A stretch of DNA of 64,000 bases from an uncultured virus (IMG/VR IMGVR_UViG_3300024999_000036) (IMGVR_UViG_3300024999_000036), one strand, 5' to 3'. Counted from the stretch's first letter, positions 10,785 through 22,256 are shown. Translations and numbers: made by a program. Notes: a model not told the origin generated them from the sequence alone.

Positions 10785-10958
10785 TTATTCTTCTTTCTCA
10801 TAAAATACTTCTTCAAAACAACTCATATGATAATATCCATCACTATGAGTTGTATAATCATCACCTTCATTAGGATGAATAAATTCTCCACACCATGCAC
10901 ATTCATGTATAACTTCTCTGCTGTCACCTGTGCCTATAATTTTCATGTTTCTGCTCAT
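10785..10958 (-). CDS. small zinc-finger protein
   Basis: CxxC...HxxC; AAGGAG RBS. Confidence 0.55.
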   Translation of the reverse strand: MSRNMKIIGTGDSREVIHECAWCGEFIHPNEGDDYTTHSDGYYHMSCFEEVFYEKEE

Positions 10959-10972
10959 AATATCTATCTCCT

Positions 10973-11431
10973 TTATCCACAACATTTATAACCACTACTA
11001 ACAAATGAATTAATCCAAGTATTTAAATACTCAGCAGTTCCACTTATTAATTTCCTAAATCCTTCCTTCTCAACCATAGATAACTGCTTAGTATCATGGT
11101 CAACATATACTGCATACTCAGTATAATTTAAATCCTTATTTTTGATAAATTCAATAACCCTATCAATTAACTGCTCAAGTTCTTTTCCTTTGTAATCTTT
11201 ATATGCCTCAAAATCAATTTCTTTCTCAAATGGTTTAACATATTTTTCTACTCTATCTTTAGAATCAAAGATTGAATCACCGTCATTATATACCCTGTAA
11301 TAAACATGTGACACTGTTATGAATAGATTCATGTATTGGTTGTCAGTATATTCAAAGTCTGGCATAAGTAGATTTAGTTTTTCAATTTCCTGTTGATGTT
11401 TGCCATTACTGTTCCAGTATGTATTTTTCAT
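10973..11431 (-). CDS. phage hypothetical protein
   Basis: TYW..NGK.Q and YY..YNDG motifs; GAGG RBS. Confidence 0.7.
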   Translation of the reverse strand: MKNTYWNSNGKHQQEIEKLNLLMPDFEYTDNQYMNLFITVSHVYYRVYNDGDSIFDSKDRVEKYVKPFEKEIDFEAYKDYKGKELEQLIDRVIEFIKNKDLNYTEYAVYVDHDTKQLSMVEKEGFRKLISGTAEYLNTWINSFVSSGYKCCG

Positions 11432-11652
11432 TAATTATTACCTCTTTTCATTATATTCTTTTCCATTAGTTAAATCACCTTTGCCTACTTATATCAAATC
11501 AAATAGACAAAGATAACAAACTTGGGAGATAAATATAAACTACTTATGTTAATGGGTTTTGATATTTTAATAGTATTAACTTTTTGTGGTTGACCAATCC
11601 ACTAAGTTAATATTACAGATTAATTTTAATAAATAGTGCTCATCAAGTAGGA

Positions 11653-11898
11653 TTATAATTCCAAAGGATTTGAATAATACATTTCCTTTATATCGCTAAA
11701 TTGAATAATTTTTTCACGTTCTTTTGCTTTGCTATTAGTTAATGTAAAACTATCATCATGTAAAGACAATACTTTCCCTTTAAATTCAGTGTCATCATTT
11801 AGTTTTACATGTAAATATGTTATACCTTCTCTAACATCCATTTCGACACCACTATCATTTTTAAATACGATTGCTTTTACATAATTGTTAAATATCAT
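11653..11898 (-). CDS. small Sm/SH3-like beta-barrel protein
   Basis: VKLNDDTEFKGKV...IQFSDIKEM; own promoter. Confidence 0.5.
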   Translation of the reverse strand: MIFNNYVKAIVFKNDSGVEMDVREGITYLHVKLNDDTEFKGKVLSLHDDSFTLTNSKAKEREKIIQFSDIKEMYYSNPLEL

Positions 11899-12287
11899 AA
11901 TATACTCCTCCTTTAATGTTTATCTTTATTATAATAATTATAACACAATGCTAAAATAAATACAAGTGTTTTTATAATTTAATTAAGAAAAAATCGTCAT
12001 AGAATTTATTACCCAAATGTTTTTATTCCTTCTTACAATCTCCCAAGCATTGTCCCAATTTTTCGCTTCTATAATAACTTCTTTCATTTTCTTTCCTTCT
12101 TCTTTAATCCAAAACAAATACTTTCTCATAATATATATTCCTCCTATTATCTTATATTAAAAACATGATAAAATTTTACTTTTATGCAATCTTCTTACCT
12201 ATTATAATGCAGACTTTAGTTTTAATTGATTTTTGTTGTAAATGTTCTGCAAATTCTTTTTTGTCTAATATCATTTTTTATATCTCC

Positions 12288-12584
12288 TTAATCAACATCA
12301 AAATACTCTTTGTTTACAATTTCTTTTCCTTCTTGTAAAATTTGTGTCTGTACTTCTTTCCAAATGGTCTTATAATTAATTCCACAAGCATCCATCATAT
12401 ATTCTACACCACGTAACCATCCACGATGAAAAACTTCGCTTGCTTGCCCTCTAAGATATTTATATAATGTATACCTGTAAGTTTCATGTACCATTTGCTC
12501 AGTAGTAGAATTTTTTGTATCGTTAATTATTTCTTCTATACCTTTTTTTAATTTTTCACCATTAAAATCAATTACTTTACACAT
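12288..12584 (-). CDS. hypothetical protein
   Basis: AAGGAG RBS. Confidence 0.65.
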   Translation of the reverse strand: MCKVIDFNGEKLKKGIEEIINDTKNSTTEQMVHETYRYTLYKYLRGQASEVFHRGWLRGVEYMMDACGINYKTIWKEVQTQILQEGKEIVNKEYFDVD

Positions 12585-12644
12585 TTAAAACGCTCCTTTC
12601 AAAACTCTAAACAAAACCCTTAATTGATCATGTTATAATTTCTT

Positions 12645-13172
12645 CTAATTATCAAATTTATACTCTTTCAATGCTAATTTAATTTCTGACATTGCCACGT
12701 CAACCAAATGTTTTAAACATTTTTTCTTTAATTTATCTAATTCATTAAGAAAATTCCTACCAGACTTAACCAATTTCTCAACATAAATAGGATTATGCAA
12801 ATAATCATCTCTTAACATAACATATAATTCTTCTTCCTCAATTTGCAATACACCAATCTGAATAAATCCACCACTATACCAGTCACATAAAGACTGTCCA
12901 TAATCTTCAAAATCTGGATCTGAAAGATTAGATATGTTTATGTGTTGACTTATATAATCTTTAATTTTCTGTTCTTCAGATTCTTGATAATAATACATAT
13001 GGTCATCTTCTTCAGAAAAGAAAAATAAACTTTTAAATTCTTGAGAGGACTCCATATTGGAAAGAATATTTTCGATTTTACTTTCGGTTGTTGAATCTGC
13101 ATTTCTTATAATTTTGTCGAATATTGATTCTACATTGATAAATTTAATTTTATTGGTTATAAGTGTTGCCAT
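12645..13172 (-). CDS. hypothetical protein
   Basis: AAGGAG RBS; long ORF. Confidence 0.7.
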   Translation of the reverse strand: MATLITNKIKFINVESIFDKIIRNADSTTESKIENILSNMESSQEFKSLFFFSEEDDHMYYYQESEEQKIKDYISQHINISNLSDPDFEDYGQSLCDWYSGGFIQIGVLQIEEEELYVMLRDDYLHNPIYVEKLVKSGRNFLNELDKLKKKCLKHLVDVAMSEIKLALKEYKFDN

Positions 13173-13493
13173 TATAAACACTCTCCTTTTAATTATTATG
13201 TCCTCTATTCTACCTTACTGAGTGTTTAAATAGTATTATTGTAAGATAGATACAAAACATATTAATTATTTGAAGATAATTTTTGAACGCAATTTTTTAT
13301 TGACTTACAACTTTGTAAACATGTTTTTGAACGTCCAATTATATTCATGCAAAAATTTGTATCTATATTTATTTGTGATACTGACATTTCATATTTATTA
13401 CACCAAATTGTCTTTAATTCAGAATTCTTTACGTTCATATTTTTAGCCTCCTTGAAAATAATACCAAACTTTTGTTTTATTCAAAAGATAAAA

Positions 13494-13914
13494 TTATACG
13501 CACAATTTATTAACATAATCAATTATATTGTTTGCCAATTGTTGTGATTCACTTCTAACTATATTATCAGATATTACAAAATTTTTACGCTGATAATCAT
13601 TATAAAAAATTGTACCAGATAAATTATTAAAAGTAAATTCTGTATCATATCCTTTTCGTTTTATAGTAAAAATCATTTAAATCTATATTAATACTAATCA
13701 TTTTTAATACTTGTTTTGTAATGTTTACATCATAAATTTCTACATGTTCTACTTTTCTATTATTATTTTTATAATACATATAAGGATGATTTATATTTTC
13801 ATCTTCATTATATGTATTAATAATATCTTTTAATGAAGTTAATTTTTGCAATTGTTTATATGTATTTCCTTCACTTCCTTTATTAAATCCTACACTTATA
13901 ACTATATTATTCAT
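13494..13914 (-). pseudogene. probable single gene split by a frameshift in a T5 run
   Basis: overlapping ORFs 13645-13914 and 13494-13676; the second has no RBS and removing one T joins them. Confidence 0.4.
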
Positions 13915-14032
13915 AATTAGACTTCCTTTCTATCCTTTATTTCATTGACTTCTCTGATATTCTGATTAATCAATAATTTAATATCCTCTTTTTCTATTTT
14001 ATATCGTTACCTAATCCATGTTTTGTTAATAC

Positions 14033-14260
14033 TTAGTCAAGTCTTTTCAAGTTTCTTAGTAAACAGTAATTTGGTGTTGAAACATTTAAATCTTTAACTA
14101 CTGCAACTATTATTCTATTTAAATTGACTTTTTCTATATCTCTTGCTTTTTTACTGGCTGTTTCAAGAGTGCCGATGTGATCCTGCATCCAAACTCCGTT
14201 AATAAATTCACTTGATTGCTTATCCACATTAATTAAAGAAAATTTCATATTATTAACCAC
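14033..14260 (-). CDS. hypothetical protein
   Basis: ORF with promoter and RBS. Confidence 0.55.
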   Translation of the reverse strand: MVNNMKFSLINVDKQSSEFINGVWMQDHIGTLETASKKARDIEKVNLNRIIVAVVKDLNVSTPNYCLLRNLKRLD

Positions 14261-14323
14261 CTTTCAAACTTATAATATATTTGTTGTATTAATAATACCA
14301 CATTACAATTAATATTGTCAACA

Positions 14324-14584
14324 TTAATTTTTATCGTTTACTAAAAATTCTTTTGCATTAAAACCGTACTCTATAGCAATATTTAAAGCCTGTTCAAACA
14401 TAGGTATATTTTTACTTGCTTGATTTGTCCATGAGTATACGTTATTAGATTTAAAACCAAGGGAAATAATATCCCCTGGTTTAATACTATACTCAAGCAT
14501 TAATCGTCTTAAATTAGCCTTTATAATGGTTCTATCTGTGCTGTTATAGGCTTTAATTAATTCTAGTATTTCTGCTTGATTCAT
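14324..14584 (-). CDS. XRE-family HTH protein
   Basis: NLRRLM...VYSW...IP.FEQAL.IA. Confidence 0.7.
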   Translation of the reverse strand: MNQAEILELIKAYNSTDRTIIKANLRRLMLEYSIKPGDIISLGFKSNNVYSWTNQASKNIPMFEQALNIAIEYGFNAKEFLVNDKN

Positions 14585-14653
14585 AACTCCACCTCAGTTC
14601 TGCTGTTATGCAGCCATACATTATTTTACACTAAATTATTAATGTTGTAAACA

Positions 14654-16264
14654 TTAAGCTAACATTAATAATTTACTTGATTCTACAATATAATAATCTT
14701 TCTTAAGCATGACTTTTTTATAACTTTGTTCGCCCTCAAATTCAATTACAACCTGTTTTTCTTCCTGTGTCATATCTTCAAATTTTTCTTTTCCATAAGA
14801 AGGTGGAAGCCAGTTCTTACGCTGTGAACCATATAAATTGAATTTATGTAATAATTCTAAGTTAGTAAATTCAATATGACAAGTACCTTTCTTATAAAAT
14901 GTTACCATAAAGTATTTTAATTGTATTTTCTTTGTATCTCCATAACTTTCTGCAAAGTTTAAAGCTGTTTTTAAATCATTTTCCTTAGTTAATCCTTGGT
15001 CAATATAATTAAACACCTTTTCGATATCGCTTAATTTATCTACTACTTTATAATCTGTTGGACTATATCTGTTACTATAATTATTAAATGCACTCAAAGG
15101 AATAATAACTTTTTTATTAATCTTAAATGCTTGATTAGTTTTCCATCCATTATAATAATGGATATTATTACCTGTTTCTGGATGCCAATGATATTTATGA
15201 CTAAAATCTTCAAATAATTTCAATATAGTATCTTCTACGCCTTGAATCATTTCTTTGTTAAGTTGAATCTTAATAGTGTAAATATTATACAGAGAGAAAT
15301 CATAATCTCTTAATTCACCAATTTTTGATAAATATTTTTCTTTTAAATTACTTGTAAATAATCCCATAAACTGTTCAGATTTAAAAAGTGCTTCCCAATA
15401 TTTAGATCTTATTTGTTTAATATAAGAATTCTCAATACTACAATTGCCATCATCATCCTTATAACTTAATTCTAAAGATAGTATAGGGTTTTTGTTATAT
15501 TTATCTTTAAAACTATTCAGCATAAAGGGTTTTAATGCTTCATACTCAGCAATCAATTTTAATCCTGCCTTAATTTCAAAATTGTACTGTTCAATTATAC
15601 CATTGATAAAATCAGCATTAATAACTTGACCATTACTATAAGGTATTTCTTCCCTATGCTGTTCTTGTTTTCTTAATTCTTCTAATATTATGCTATTGTT
15701 ATCTGGTTTAGGAATATTGACTTTTATTAAAGCAATCTCTACTCCTGTTTTTCTCTCAGCATCGGCAAAAGCATAAGGAATGTATTCAATTTCCGCATTA
15801 TACCTATCTAATTTATTAACTAAATCCTTTCTAATATTGTTATATGGGTTCTTTAATGTTTCTGCATTTAATAAACATACTATTTGACCACCTTGTTCTT
15901 GCATCTCTATAGCTTTTAAAAGGTGTTTATCACCTTCAGAAAATGGTGGATTCATCACAATTAGATCAAATCTCTTATAAGTGTTATAGGTTAAAAAATC
16001 ATTATGTACTATTCTATATCCTTTCCCTTTTAAAATATGTTGTAAATTTTCATCAATTTCAATTATGTCAATGTCCCATACTGCTGATTTATTATAATAA
16101 TAACTGTGTGCATATTTTAACTTTTCTATTACCTCATTGACTATATCACCCTTACCTGCTGATGGTTCAAGAATTGAATTAATTAACTTAAAATCAATAT
16201 TAGATAGCATTTTGTTAATTATACTTTTAGGTGTTGGGTAAAAATCTTTAACATTATTAAACAT
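14654..16264 (-). CDS. N6-adenine DNA methyltransferase-like protein with DUF4942 domain
   Basis: FYPTP, ILEPSAGKG (SAM binding), NPPF; C-terminal GWKTN...YF.V.FYKKGTCHI.F. Confidence 0.85.
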   Translation of the reverse strand: MFNNVKDFYPTPKSIINKMLSNIDFKLINSILEPSAGKGDIVNEVIEKLKYAHSYYYNKSAVWDIDIIEIDENLQHILKGKGYRIVHNDFLTYNTYKRFDLIVMNPPFSEGDKHLLKAIEMQEQGGQIVCLLNAETLKNPYNNIRKDLVNKLDRYNAEIEYIPYAFADAERKTGVEIALIKVNIPKPDNNSIILEELRKQEQHREEIPYSNGQVINADFINGIIEQYNFEIKAGLKLIAEYEALKPFMLNSFKDKYNKNPILSLELSYKDDDGNCSIENSYIKQIRSKYWEALFKSEQFMGLFTSNLKEKYLSKIGELRDYDFSLYNIYTIKIQLNKEMIQGVEDTILKLFEDFSHKYHWHPETGNNIHYYNGWKTNQAFKINKKVIIPLSAFNNYSNRYSPTDYKVVDKLSDIEKVFNYIDQGLTKENDLKTALNFAESYGDTKKIQLKYFMVTFYKKGTCHIEFTNLELLHKFNLYGSQRKNWLPPSYGKEKFEDMTQEEKQVVIEFEGEQSYKKVMLKKDYYIVESSKLLMLA

Positions 16265-16265
16265 G

Positions 16266-16484
16266 CTATTTATTTTCCTCCTTTAATATTTTTAATACTA
16301 CTTTTTTACATTCTTCCGGTAAATCATTAACTTTTACACTTCTAGGATTTTCCATAGTATATTCTGTATAATAAAATTCACCTCCTTCATTTACTTGTAT
16401 ATCTCCCCACATACACCAGAACGCATTTGCTCCATCAGTCCTTTTCATCTGGATATGTTGATTAATTGGCATAATATTTTTCAT
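16266..16484 (-). CDS. hypothetical protein
   Basis: AGGAGG RBS. Confidence 0.6.
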   Translation of the reverse strand: MKNIMPINQHIQMKRTDGANAFWCMWGDIQVNEGGEFYYTEYTMENPRSVKVNDLPEECKKVVLKILKEENK

Positions 16485-16520
16485 GAATAAATAACCTCCT
16501 GTTATAGTAAATTTCATTAA

Positions 16521-16754
16521 TTATATTCTGTTACAATTCTTAAAATATTCCATGCATTCATTAGGATATTTATTCAATGTTTCATTGCATGACATCCCTT
16601 TTGAATAATAGTTATTATAAATCATACATTGTTTACACTTTTTTACACCTGCACCATAACAATAACTTTCTCTTGCCTCAAACAATTCCCTTGTGATATT
16701 TTTATAATCCATAACTTTACATTCTATTTTTAAGAAATCTTCATAATTTCTCAT
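16521..16754 (-). CDS. hypothetical Cys-rich protein
   Basis: AGGAG RBS. Confidence 0.55.
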   Translation of the reverse strand: MRNYEDFLKIECKVMDYKNITRELFEARESYCYGAGVKKCKQCMIYNNYYSKGMSCNETLNKYPNECMEYFKNCNRI

Positions 16755-16829
16755 GATAATTAATCTCCTATGTATAATATTAAAGGATTTTTGTTATAGC
16801 AGAATCCTTTCAAACTGCTGTTATATAGT

Positions 16830-18713
16830 TTAAAATACAGGTTTGTAAGTGTTAATAATTGGTTTTATTCCCTCCTTTGCAAAATGGTTTAAAATCTCGT
16901 CATATTGTCTTTTGTCACAACTTAAATATTTAGTTCGTGTTATTGTCATTCCTGTTCCTGTCTGTTCTACTGTATTTAAAACTTCTTTAGGTAGATTTAA
17001 CCATCCGTTATATACTAAAATCTCCTTATAAAAATAATTATAGTGTAATTTTCTTTTTCCTTCTGGTTTAAATATTAACTTAACTGTTTTGTCATACTGT
17101 GCATATTTTGTATACTCTATACTGTCAAATATTATTCTACTTGTTATAACACTTCCCCAATCAGATATATAAAACATTGTTACTTTTTGCCCTTCTTGTA
17201 AATTTGCTTCTTTAAATTGTTCTTGTATTCCGTCAACTTCTTTTAATAGTCTATACATAGCAACTTTTAATTTCTCGTATTCTTCCGGCAATTGTTGAAC
17301 AATTTCCTTGGTTAACTTAAAATAATTCTTATTAAAAATCTGCTTCATTCTGTTCTTGTATTCTGTAAAATCTTCTTTATCCCATGTATCCGATATGTTA
17401 TCATCACAAGTTATTGCTTCAGCAGAAAAGCCTATTAATGTTTCGGCAGATTGTTTTAACTCATCTATTTTTGCAGAATCTACAAATTGCTTAACAGTAA
17501 CATCCTTCTGAATTTTTGCACCTTCTACAAGTCCAACATAACGAGCATAAGAATGACCTTGAGCATCAACAACAAATTGCAGGTTATTGTTATAGTATAC
17601 AGCCACACCGTAAAGGTTAAATATAATTGATTCTCTTTCTTCCTCTGTCATATTGTGGTAATCTGTTATACTTGTAAATCTTGCATCATCAGTAAAACTT
17701 CCTCCAGTACCTTCCAGAAAATCAAAATCATTAAGTAACAAATTAGAGAAATTATTTAATGATTCTTCATTCTGAAAATATATTTCCTTGGTAATTTTAA
17801 TGTCTTTTAGATAAAAATCACCTTTAGCAATTTCTTCTTTATATTGTTCTAAAGTATTATTCTTATTGCAATTTGCCATTTGGGAGTTAATTACATAATA
17901 TTGTTTTTCTTCTTCTAAATCTAATATATCAATACTGTTATAGATAGTCTTAACTTGTTCAGCCTCTTTTTTGGCATATTCTTGATCGTCTTTTATATCC
18001 TGCTCCCTTTTTAATTCCCACAATCTAAATTCTGCTTGTTTACGTTCTTCTTCTTGCTTCTCAAATTCGGCAAGTTTAGCATCAAAATTAATCATATCGG
18101 ACTTAATTGCTTCGGTCTGTTCTGTTTGTGTGTAATCATAGCTAATATTAGCATAAGCACCATAAAAGTTATTATTGTTACCGTATGTAGTATAATTATA
18201 GGCTTGCAATAAACTGGTACAATATTTTTCAATAGCCTTAAGGTAAATACTTTCTTTTTCATAAGGAGATGAAACAATGTAAAAACTAATACTGTTATGA
18301 TCAGAAGTAACTGAAAATTTACACATTGGGAAACGTGCTTTAACATGTTTTCTGACTTCTGCTGCAATGGCTTTAACTGGTTGTTTTCCATTGACTTCTA
18401 GTTTTTCGATTCTAGTAGAATCCCACAAGTTTAATGTTACAAAGGTTTTATTTTGTTTTTTTGTAGCTAATGGAATAATATTTTCTGTTCCTTCTGCTGT
18501 TGTTTCTTGTTCTGTAATTGTTCCTGTTAATTCTTGAGCAAATTTTAAGGTTTTTTCATTCTGTTTAGCATACCAGCAAGTTTTAAAACTAGAATATCGG
18601 AAACTATTAGCCTTTAACTCAGTAATAATCTGTTTAGCTGGTTTAGCATCAAAGTATAATTCCACTCCGTTTAATTCTGGATTTAAAACCATGTTAATAT
18701 TGCTCTGTGTCAT
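16830..18713 (-). CDS. large polyvalent-protein-associated protein (LPD29-like domain)
   Basis: NGVELYFDAKP N-terminal domain; KAIAAEVRKHVKARFPMCKFSVTS LPD29-type motif. Confidence 0.7.
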   Translation of the reverse strand: MTQSNINMVLNPELNGVELYFDAKPAKQIITELKANSFRYSSFKTCWYAKQNEKTLKFAQELTGTITEQETTAEGTENIIPLATKKQNKTFVTLNLWDSTRIEKLEVNGKQPVKAIAAEVRKHVKARFPMCKFSVTSDHNSISFYIVSSPYEKESIYLKAIEKYCTSLLQAYNYTTYGNNNNFYGAYANISYDYTQTEQTEAIKSDMINFDAKLAEFEKQEEERKQAEFRLWELKREQDIKDDQEYAKKEAEQVKTIYNSIDILDLEEEKQYYVINSQMANCNKNNTLEQYKEEIAKGDFYLKDIKITKEIYFQNEESLNNFSNLLLNDFDFLEGTGGSFTDDARFTSITDYHNMTEEERESIIFNLYGVAVYYNNNLQFVVDAQGHSYARYVGLVEGAKIQKDVTVKQFVDSAKIDELKQSAETLIGFSAEAITCDDNISDTWDKEDFTEYKNRMKQIFNKNYFKLTKEIVQQLPEEYEKLKVAMYRLLKEVDGIQEQFKEANLQEGQKVTMFYISDWGSVITSRIIFDSIEYTKYAQYDKTVKLIFKPEGKRKLHYNYFYKEILVYNGWLNLPKEVLNTVEQTGTGMTITRTKYLSCDKRQYDEILNHFAKEGIKPIINTYKPVF

Positions 18714-19136
18714 TGTAGTAAAACCTCCTAGAATTATTTTGTTATTCTGTTGTAGTAAGTATATCAAATAATATTCATACTGTCAACATTAATTCATGGT
18801 ATTTTTATATTTGTTTTCTGTTAATGTAATCAGATCCAAACTTGTCTTTTATTATGATATTGAAAAAGTAAAACCCTTATATTATAAGGGTTTAAGAGGT
18901 GTTATTTTTTAATTTTTTGAATTAATTCACCTCCGATAATATTTTCTTGATTATTGAGACTGTTTTCTTCTCTAAAACATTTCAAACAAATTTTTAATCC
19001 TTCTTTAGATTTAAATTGCACTCTTCTTCCATGTTCTTTTTTACATTTTTCACATATCATTAAGTAAACACTCCTTATTTATTATGTATTTGATATTTAC
19101 AATTATATTATATTTTTATTTCTATGTCAACCTTTG

Positions 19137-19376
19137 TCAACTACATTCTTTAAAACATAACCTTTGACACTTCTTCCCTGGATAATAAATTGTTTTTCCT
19201 CTTAATTCACCTTTAACTAATATAATTGTAGCGAATCTCCCTGCATCACCTGTTAACCTTTCAAAATCCTTGTTAAAATGCTTTTTAAGAGCATCTTTTG
19301 GGGTCTTACCTTCTATTGTTTCGTATTCGCTGAAAATTGATTTACTACTATCATACATAATAACGTATTTATTCAA
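19137..19376 (-). CDS. hypothetical protein
   Basis: AGGAGG RBS, TTG start, promoter. Confidence 0.6.
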   Translation of the reverse strand: MNKYVIMYDSSKSIFSEYETIEGKTPKDALKKHFNKDFERLTGDAGRFATIILVKGELRGKTIYYPGKKCQRLCFKECS

Positions 19377-19485
19377 TGTGTCAGCCTCCTAAATAATTAT
19401 TAAATTATTTACACTTACAATTATAATATATTTATGTTAATAAATCAATACCCAGACAAACAAAAAACCTACTAATTAAAGTAGG

Positions 19486-19824
19486 CTAATTATTACCTTC
19501 TGCAATTGTATCCCAATCTCCTATTCTTAATTTACCTTTATAATACAATATAGTTAGTGCGTATGTATCCCCTATATTGCAGTATTGTAAATCCTCATAT
19601 TCAGGATAACTGGATTCAACGCCAAATGTACATAATACCTTGTTAATATTCTCTAACCAGTCACGAATAGCAAAAGAAATATGAACACCTCTTGAATGGT
19701 AGTCTTCTATAGTTTTCTTTGTGCATACTTCAATTAATTCCTTTTCCTTCTGCTCAGTGTATTCATTTCCTAGCAAATCTTTTGCGTACTGCTTTAGATT
19801 CTTTTTATTTGCTATTAATAACAT
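19486..19824 (-). CDS. phage hypothetical protein
   Basis: FGVE...Y.N.GDTY..TI motif; RBS; terminator. Confidence 0.7.
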   Translation of the reverse strand: MLLIANKKNLKQYAKDLLGNEYTEQKEKELIEVCTKKTIEDYHSRGVHISFAIRDWLENINKVLCTFGVESSYPEYEDLQYCNIGDTYALTILYYKGKLRIGDWDTIAEGNN

Positions 19825-19973
19825 TGTGTGTCCTCCTTCAAGGATTATGTATTTGCTTACCTGCTACTTATTATATTATATTTTCGTTAATATTGCAATA
19901 CCCAAAAACATATAACAAAAATAAAAAACAGGAGGTTTTTATTTTCCTGCTTGTTATTCTTTATATATTTATT

Positions 19974-20330
19974 TTAACGAATTCCAATAAAGGACATTAT
20001 TTCTTTTTTCGTTCTGCTCTCTGCTCTTTTGTATCCATCACACGTTATTTCTCTTGTCGTGGCTTCGCCAAAACTATTGACAAATGTTTTAATTCCTTTG
20101 ATTGTTGTATTTAAAGAGGATTCTTTTTCTTCTTTTTCCATCTCATATAATTTATTAAGCAATTCCTTTAATTTTTTACTGCCTTCTCTCCATTGTTTTA
20201 ATATTGGTTCAGCTTTTTTATTTAATGGGTCTTCGTGTGAAGCAATTGGGACTGATTTATAAAGATTTATATTAATTTCTCTTTGCTTTTCTATCATTTC
20301 TTTTAATTCTTTTAATTCGTTGATTTTCAT
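19974..20330 (-). CDS. hypothetical protein
   Basis: FVNSFGEATTREIT motif; promoter and terminator. Confidence 0.7.
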   Translation of the reverse strand: MKINELKELKEMIEKQREININLYKSVPIASHEDPLNKKAEPILKQWREGSKKLKELLNKLYEMEKEEKESSLNTTIKGIKTFVNSFGEATTREITCDGYKRAESRTKKEIMSFIGIR

Positions 20331-20460
20331 TAATAAAACTCCTTAGAATATGTATTAGACTTAATTAATTATAATACTATTCTATTACTAAGTCAAGTGT
20401 GAATACGCCTAAAATGCAAAAATAAAAACCCTTGATTTATAAGGGTTTGAGAGCATTTAT

Positions 20461-20751
20461 TCAATTATAATCTAAAATTGTTTTGTACTTATTTTTTATA
20501 TTTACATTTTCATTAAAGTTATTTAATATGTGTAAAATAGCTTCTTCCATGCTTTTATATCTTCTGCTCCATGTTTCACAGCTATTATCTTTTTCCCCAT
20601 AAATTGAAAAGGTAAACGGAAGATAAATTTTTTCTTCTTTTCTAAGTGTAATTTTCCAATTACCATATTTAAAAGTATCTTCTTCTCCTTCTTTCCATAG
20701 TCTTTCCTCTTCCAATGTTCTAACAATATACTCTTTGCTTAATTCTAACAT
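20461..20751 (-). CDS. hypothetical protein
   Basis: AGGAGG RBS; terminator. Confidence 0.65.
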   Translation of the reverse strand: MLELSKEYIVRTLEEERLWKEGEEDTFKYGNWKITLRKEEKIYLPFTFSIYGEKDNSCETWSRRYKSMEEAILHILNNFNENVNIKNKYKTILDYN

Positions 20752-20842
20752 TTTTTAAAACCTCCTTTAAATTATTATATAAAATGACAATTTATTCAAA
20801 GTTAATATTACGATATATAAATAAAAAGTAGGTTATTCCTGC

Positions 20843-21136
20843 TTAAAAATTTTGAAATGTAAATTTACCCAATTCGGCTGATTCTGTTTTTAACATTTCT
20901 GCTGTTACTTTAAAATTAATAACTTTCTCAAAGGACAGTATATTCTTGCTTAATCCATATCTACTTAAAATATTACTATCAATATTACAATAATATTTTT
21001 CTGTTTCTTTAATCCAATTAACTTCTTTTACTATTCCGTGATCTGCTCTAAATATTGATTCATTGATAAGATGTTTTCTGTACTCTTGAACCATAATAAT
21101 TAAAGATAATAAACCTTTTGACATTTGTATTTTCAT
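20843..21136 (-). CDS. hypothetical protein
   Basis: GGAGG RBS; TTGACA promoter. Confidence 0.65.
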   Translation of the reverse strand: MKIQMSKGLLSLIIMVQEYRKHLINESIFRADHGIVKEVNWIKETEKYYCNIDSNILSRYGLSKNILSFEKVINFKVTAEMLKTESAELGKFTFQNF

Positions 21137-21440
21137 AAATAAATAACCTCCCTTAAATTATGTATTATATTAACTATAAGTATAGACTACTAATATAAAT
21201 ATGTCAAGTTTTCTGAGTAAAAAAAGAAAAGCCTTTCGGCTTATGTTATATTCACATTTTACCTATAACATTTTGCTGTCAACATATCAATAGTATTTTT
21301 TAATTCTTTATATGCGTCAGAATCTTTTGAATAATTGTTCATTCTTAACTTTAAAGTATTGATTATCATTTCTAATGTTTCATTATTCATAAATAAAAAA
21401 CCTCCTTAAAATATTGTGACCTAACACCAGTTTTATCACG

Positions 21441-21743
21441 TTATTGTCTTCTTACATATCTATTTTGATTAGTCCGGCAATACTCTAATTTATTACCAAA
21501 CTTTATTAATATATAACCTCCGTCACCTGTTTTAACTATCTCAGGGTTAATTGCTTCGTTCTGCTCTGACAACTTCTTACCACTGGTTAGCTTTAAAATA
21601 CCCTCTTTAAGTCTATTAATTTCTTCTTGCAGACTTTTTAAAATTATCTCAGGTGCTTCTATCTCTGTAAGTTTATTTAATCTATTTTGCAAAATATCTA
21701 ATTCAAAATTAATAATATATTCTTTAATTGTCATTCGCTCCAC
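21441..21743 (-). CDS. hypothetical protein
   Basis: AGGAGG RBS; TTGACA-17-TATAAT promoter. Confidence 0.65.
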   Translation of the reverse strand: MERMTIKEYIINFELDILQNRLNKLTEIEAPEIILKSLQEEINRLKEGILKLTSGKKLSEQNEAINPEIVKTGDGGYILIKFGNKLEYCRTNQNRYVRRQ

Positions 21744-21839
21744 CTCCTATGTAATATCCTTAATCTGTTAATCTATTATATCACAATCATAATATAATTG
21801 TCAACTACATTTTAAAAATCAGCCAAAAATAAAAACCTG

Positions 21840-22256
21840 TTATTTTAAACAGGTTAATCTTTCCTTCCAATATTCAGTTATTATTTCTTGACTAAATCCT
21901 TCTATGTAAATAATTATTTTTTGTATGTCTTCTGCTATTATGCGACCTCTGTTAATATCAGATAAAATTTGATTATAATCATTATTTATAATATCCCAAA
22001 AGATTAAATATTGCTGATAGTTGAAAGGATTATCTTTCTGCAATGCTTGAAGCATTTCCTTTTTACTGTCATATGCTCTTTTTTGCTTTTTCTCTCGTTC
22101 TTGCTTCTCTTGTTTCTCTTGTATACCTTTTGCTATATATATTGCATCTTGAAATTTTTCTCGTCTTGCTTGCTGTCTTTTTCTTTCTTCTTTATCTAAT
22201 TTATCTTTCCTTTTAGATTCTCTTTCCCATTTTTTACATAAGGCAGTATATGACAT
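21840..22256 (-). CDS. hypothetical coiled-coil protein
   Basis: RBS and promoter. Confidence 0.65.
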   Translation of the reverse strand: MSYTALCKKWERESKRKDKLDKEERKRQQARREKFQDAIYIAKGIQEKQEKQEREKKQKRAYDSKKEMLQALQKDNPFNYQQYLIFWDIINNDYNQILSDINRGRIIAEDIQKIIIYIEGFSQEIITEYWKERLTCLK

